Made by a program: the position numbers and the translations under genes
Shown here: positions 51,787-57,548 of the stretch, in pieces
How the letters are laid out: each line of letters begins with the position of its first letter
Position numbering within the stretch: position 1 is the first letter of the stretch
The notes under the pieces: model-generated
Seen by the model: the letters and a program-made list of their open reading frames with translations, nothing else
Database searches by the model: none
What the model was told of the DNA's origin: nothing
From: Octopus sinensis
Lineage: Eukaryota
DNA length: 57,548 nucleotides
Direction of reading: 5' to 3'
NCBI RefSeq assembly: GCF_006345805.1
Contig: NW_021833602.1
Location: 1-57,548, forward strand

Positions 51787-52559
51787 TATATATATATAAT
51801 ATATATATATTATATATTATTATATATATATATATAAATACAATAAGAGGCTTCCAAATAGGAAAGCGTTGTGCTAGAAAGACCAGTAGAATCTCAAGAA
51901 CACAAAAACAGGATAAATTCACGAAATCGTTTTTTGTGCTAGGCCACTGGTAATAATAATTTATTATTACCCTATCTTATTACGTATATATATATATATA
52001 TTATATGTAAAATTACAAAATGCTTGCCCGCTATGTTAGTGCACTTAAGGACCATTAACTGAAATGCGAATATTTTACTTTCAGTACTATAAATTGTTTC
52101 ATTCACTAATAATAGCTTTTAAAGAAAATTTCAGTCAAATATCTCGTACCATGTAATAATAGTATTAGCTATACAATAGTTTACTGGTTTAATAAAACGC
52201 AGTATTAAATAAGTTGGTTTAAACTTTACGGAGGATGAAAGCAAGAATGAAATAAACGGAAATTTCCAAAGAAATTAATCTATAATGTCTTTGATATTTT
52301 GAATTTCTATGATACTTGTGCATGTTTAGCCTATCTTCACATATGCTTTCTTTGTGATTGGTTGATGTTTCGAAATTCCCGAAAGGTCTCAGACACGACT
52401 CCTGTAGATTTCATCTCTTTAAAGTCATGTAGTTTCCAATATCGTATCGAACATTTCAAACGAGTGATACCTAAACATCGAAAGATGAGTAGGAATCAAA
52501 CGACATCTCTTATTGATTATGCCTTTAAGAGTCATAGAACATTTTATATAAAGTTGACA

Positions 52560-52567
52560 GTATATCA

Positions 52568-52635
<68 letters not shown>

Positions 52636-52747
52636 GTATACACATACACACACACACATTATATATATATATATATACATATATATCTATACATATATAT
52701 ATACATATATATATATAAATATATCAATATATATATATGCATATGTA

Positions 52748-52799
<52 letters not shown>

Positions 52800-52810
52800 T
52801 ATGTAAGTAC
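52560..52810. repeat. (TA)n-rich microsatellite
   Basis: Directly visible. Confidence 0.9.
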
Positions 52811-53339
52811 GTACGCATATATTATTTATGTATAAGAGAGAGCAATAAGAAAATGGAGGGGATCAATAGGTGGTATTCATCATCTTTTATATATCAACTT
52901 TCATATTATGTCAATTTATTTATTTACTAAAAGGACAATTATAACAATATACATACATGTATAACATATTATGGTTTACATATATAATATATAAAATATA
53001 AAATATCAGTAATTATTAAAACATATAACATAGAGCAATAGGAATTGTGATAATATCTTACTGCTGTTTCAGCCAAGAAGCAATAATACATCATTCTACT
53101 TTTTACCCCTCCAGTGGTCTAAAGTATTTAGTAAATATAATTGAAGTACTTTGGTGTGTCTCTAGGTTCCGTCAGACATTTTAGAAAGTACATAATGTTA
53201 AGTTATAAATATAAATACACACATATATATATACATACTTTTACATATACATACATATGCATAAATATACATAACTACATATACCTACACTTAAATGCAA
53301 ATGCATATGCGTATGTATATGCATACAAACAAATCAATT

Positions 53340-53392
53340 ATTATTATTTTTATTATTATTATTATTATTATCATTATTATTGTTATTATTAA

Positions 53393-53430
<38 letters not shown>

Positions 53431-53445
53431 GATGCATTATATTAT
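53340..53445. repeat. (ATT)n array
   Basis: Directly visible. Confidence 0.95.
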
Positions 53446-54104
53446 TCACATTAGACAAAATATAAACAGAGGTATGAGAAATTTTTTATAAGAGGAGTAA
53501 TGTTATAATTTATAAAATTAATACATCTTAAGATTATTTTAGTTAGGTAAGAATGAAACTATACATGAAGAATACACATATATATACACATATACATATA
53601 CATGCACACGCACACACACACACACACAGACACACACACACACACACACACACACACCACACACACACATATATATATTTCCGTACAAACATACTCATAG
53701 GCACATAAATATTTGATGTGTTTAGAGTAGACTGAAATTGAAGTGTGGGCTTTTGGGCAATCAGATTCTCAAGGAGCCATGACAGCTAAGATTTGTATGT
53801 TCGATTCAGGCTGAGGTAAGCTCATAATTTTTCGGTCATTTCTTTATATTTAAAAATTGTCACTTTAAAATCGGATATCAAATATCTTTATGATATATGT
53901 TATATACAATTATTGTACATTTATTGTACTATGAAACTTCCATAGTAGCTTTCTCTCCGAAACTCGCAAAGCCTTTCGGGATTTTTTTAATAAAAATATT
54001 ATTATGTATATATATATATATATATACATATACACAAACACACACACATACACACACACACACACATATATATTTATATACCTATATATATATATATATA
54101 TATA

Positions 54105-54538
54105 GGCGTACGATAAGTTGGATAGTATGTAGCTTGCTTACCAACTACATGGTTCCGGGTTCATTCCCATTGTGTGGCACCTTGGGCAACTGTCTTCCAC
54201 TATAGCGTCAGGCCGACCAAAGCCTTGTGGGTGGATTTGGTAGATGGAAACTGATGAAAGATGGAAACTGATGAAATATATATATGTGTGTGTGTGTTTA
54301 TATATGTATGTGTGTGTATATGTTTGTGTGTCTGTTTGATCCCCCAATATCGCTTGACAACAGATACTGGTGTGTTTATGTCCACGTTAATTAGCGGTTC
54401 GGAAAAAAGTGGACGATAGAATAAGTACTAAGCTTCCAAAAAATAAGTCCTGAGGGTGATTTGCTCGACTAAAGGTGGTGCTCCAGCATGGCCGCAGTCA
54501 AATGACTGAAACAAGTAAAAAAAAGTAAAAGAGTAAAA
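54105..54538 (+). mobile_element. SINE family C, complete
   Basis: ggttccgggttcattccc box B; gtggcaccttgggcaactgtcttccactatag CORE-like; tail ggtggtgctccagcatggccgcagtcaaatgactgaaacaagtaaaa. Confidence 0.92.
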
Positions 54539-55345
54539 CTTTTTGTATCATTGTTTAAATATCCATTTTTGTAGCCTTCTTCATTTGTTCTACCTGTGCC
54601 TTTCTTTGTTCTACGCGTATGCTGACTGATTTTTAATTTGCATTTTGCATTCATAAATCTTCCATAATACATCTCATTTTATGTGGCGTTTTAAATATAA
54701 TGCAAGTACCGTCATCCATTATTGTTGATTTTTACTTATCTAAATATATTTCTCTGACTGCATTATAATGCGTTGCAAACGCTTTTCATAACTGCATAAT
54801 CAACTAACAAGAATCTCACCGGACAGTGGGCTTCATGTATAACTTTCAGGTATGAATGTAGCATATTTCATGATTACGGTGTAAACTACATTTGTTTGTT
54901 GGAGTTCTTTCTATGGTTTACATATTTTGGATTCAATCTGAATACGAAGATTTTTCTTTCTAGTGTTTTGGAAATATATTCCCACAATGATCTCATTGAA
55001 AAATCGATACACGTTTCCTTCTGTTTTATACTGTTTAAAAGTTATTCATTCCGTATTTATGTGGGGTGCTTTAGTTTCAGGTAGCATAATATTTACATGC
55101 TTACTAAATGCATGATGTATATGCATGAAACTGAATATTATCTTGCATGCTTTTTTATTGGATCGGTGTAATTGTATATGCTTAAAAGCTTGGAGCTAAG
55201 TCATCTGGTCTACTGGGTACCTAATGTTAACTGATAATTTTTCTCCTCAAATATTAATCATTCAATTTCTCTTTTGTGGACAAAAATATTAAAATTCATC
55301 TAAGATATTTTCTACTTATTGAAAAATGCAAACTTTTCATGCACG

Positions 55346-56100
55346 TACAAGGCACATCCTAGAAATTTTGAGACTTCTCCAAGAGAGACATTACTTAATT
55401 TCAAAGGAGTACTAATCTCTAACCACCTTCAAAGTAGGATCCTAGGACGTCAATGAGATAAATGTAGCAGTACATTTCCAAGGCCCCTTGGAAATTCTCC
55501 AAATGAAGTGTCCAGGATCCTTTTCAGAGCCTCCTTTATCTTCTTCATTTCGGGAAAGAATAAAAAATCACAAGGAGCATGGCCTGAACTGTAGGGAGGG
55601 TTATGAGCAGTTTTGATGCCCCTCCCTGTCAAGTTTCTTGTTATTAGGATAGAACTGTGGACCGCTGCATTGGCCTGGTGCAGGTGCTCTGGCCTTTTGT
55701 GATGAAATCTCTTCTTGAATCCCTTTACATTCTCTACAAATTAATTTGATCATCTGGGTAGAGAAAACCTAGTGAATGTAGATGATGTCCTTGGGGCCAA
55801 AGAATGGGTTCATCATATACTTTTCAATGGAGTTCCTTTGTCTCACCTCTTGTGCCACAGGACAAACAAATTTTCGGCTCATCTAAGCAAATGTATAATT
55901 AGTCTGGAGCAGTCCAAACGTTTCTGGAGCGCTTTTGCTCAATTTTACCCCAAAACCATATTATCTTCACGTCGCAAATTACATTCTACAAACTTGTCAG
56001 CTGTGACAAGCAGTGTTTTGCATGGTGTGTTTAATGTACTGTTACAGCCGTCCCCTTCGATCCGGAATAACAAAATTTTGAAACTTCAGCTTACTGGAAG
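55346..56100 (-). mobile_element. Mariner/Tc1-like transposase remnant of a different subfamily
   Basis: Minus strand HQANAAVHSSILIT and PPYSSGHAPCDFLFFPEMK (the YSPDLAPCD motif). TIR-like tacaaggcacatcctagaaattttgagact at 55346; the other end was not found. Confidence 0.75.
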
Positions 56101-56254
56101 ACGTAGCAATGATATTCTGAAATTACAATGATCTAGGAGAGTTATAACAGCCTCTGCTAGAAAGTAGGTTTAGCAAGTTTGGAATGCTCCTCCGGAATTT
56201 TTATGATTGTTTTGCATTTTATGCATACTGGGGTACCATCTGTGTTGTCCGCTA

Positions 56255-56477
56255 TTACTCTTTAGTCTTTTACTTGTTTCAGTCATTTGACTGTGGCCAT
56301 GCTGGTGCACCGCCTTTAGACGTGCAAATCGACCACAGGACTTAATCTTTGTAAGCGTAGTACTTATTATATCGGTCTCTTTTGCCGAACCCCTAAGTAC
56401 GGGGACGTAAACACACCAGCATCGGTTGTCAAACGATATTCGGGGAACAAACACAGACACACAAACACACACCACAC

Positions 56478-56509
<32 letters not shown>

Positions 56510-56525
56510 ATAGCTATATATATAG

Positions 56526-56556
<31 letters not shown>

Positions 56557-56718
56557 TACGACGGGCTTCTGTCAGTTTCGTCTACCAAATCCACTCACAA
56601 GGCTTCATCGGCCTGAGGCTATAGTAGAAGACACTTGCCCGAGATTCCACGCAGTGGGACTAAACCCGCAACCATATGGTGGTAAGCAAGCTACTTACCA
56701 CACAGCCACTCCTGCGCC
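56255..56718 (-). mobile_element. SINE family C, complete
   Basis: Matches 51379-51786 throughout. Confidence 0.92.
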
Positions 56719-57040
56719 TATTCCACGTTAATATCTAAAATTGGATCAACAGGAATTAATATATTCTTGAATTATTCTATAGCTTCGAGCTTGATCGTCT
56801 TAACCGTTCAAGTACGTGACACTAACTTATATTTCTTACGCACGAAAAATTTTCCTTAACTTTCCTTTAGTTGAAGAGAATTTCAAATTTCATTCAGAAG
56901 GATATAAAGCATCATATACTTTGCATCTATGGAGATACGCAGTATGTTGTAGCATTTATTGACATTGACGCTGCATCCTGATTTGTGTAACCAGGTGGAA
57001 TTTTAAATTTTATTCACTATTCCGATATTTATAGCACAAA

Positions 57041-57272
57041 AGGCGGCGAGCTGGCAGAACCGTTAGCACGCCGGGCGAAATGCGTAGCTGTATTTCGTCT
57101 GCCGTTACGTTCTGAGTTCAAATTCCGCCGAGGTCGACTTTGCCTTTCATCCATTCGGGGTCGATAAATTAAGTACCAGTTACGCACTGGGGTCGATGTA
57201 ACCGACTTAATCCGTTTGTCTGTCCTTGTTTGTCTCCTCTGTGTCTATCCCCTTGTGGGTAATAAAGAAACG
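57041..57272 (+). mobile_element. SINE family A, complete monomer with 16-bp TSD
   Basis: ggcggcgagctggcagaaccgttagc...gagttcaaattcc...gcctttcatccattcggggtcgataaattaagtacc...gtgggtaataaagaaa. gatatttatagcacaa at 57024-57039 and 57273-57288. Confidence 0.93.
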
Positions 57273-57548
57273 GATATTTATAGCACAAGATGGGATGGAT
57301 GTGTTTTTGGCGTTATGCTACGGATGCTGTGAATTTGAAATTATACGATAATTATTTACAGGATCATATTTAAGTATAACTATGTTTTTTAGTATTTGCA
57401 CACAATACATATGTCATCGACGTAACTGTTATAAATAACGTAGCGGTCACGTTTAGCAATAGCATTTTTGTTCATAGGATATATAAACATCTACGGAGAC
57501 ACGCCGTTTGTCAATACTTCCCTTGAGTATATAGTTTGCTCTGTGGAC

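Overview
AT-rich, repeat-dominated eukaryotic DNA in which I can support no host protein-coding exon; it is probably intronic or intergenic. The repeat landscape (tRNA/CORE-type SINEs, very dense microsatellites, mariner, CR1/L2-like, RTE, Penelope-like and R4/Dong-like remnants) suggests an octopus or other coleoid cephalopod; this is inference. Recognisable content: two decayed CR1/L2-like LINE copies (1-1070, 43340-46148), three mariner/Tc1 fossils (one with both TIRs, 26173-27458), two RTE remnants, an R4/Dong-like remnant, Penelope-like remnants, about 30 SINE copies in four families (my labels A-D), two MITE-like elements and a decayed 5S rRNA copy. Most ORFs in the supplied track are microsatellite artefacts. 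The most notable observations: (i) SINE family C shares its 3' tail with the LINEs in the same window; (ii) a series of long fold-back inverted repeats, including a ~2 kb palindrome of 540-bp units, several with hammerhead-ribozyme-like CTGANGA...GAAA motifs; (iii) a retroelement 3' end found only in or beside (GATA)n arrays; (iv) SINE multimers with an identical junction at two loci. All alignments were done by eye, so boundaries of decayed elements are approximate.
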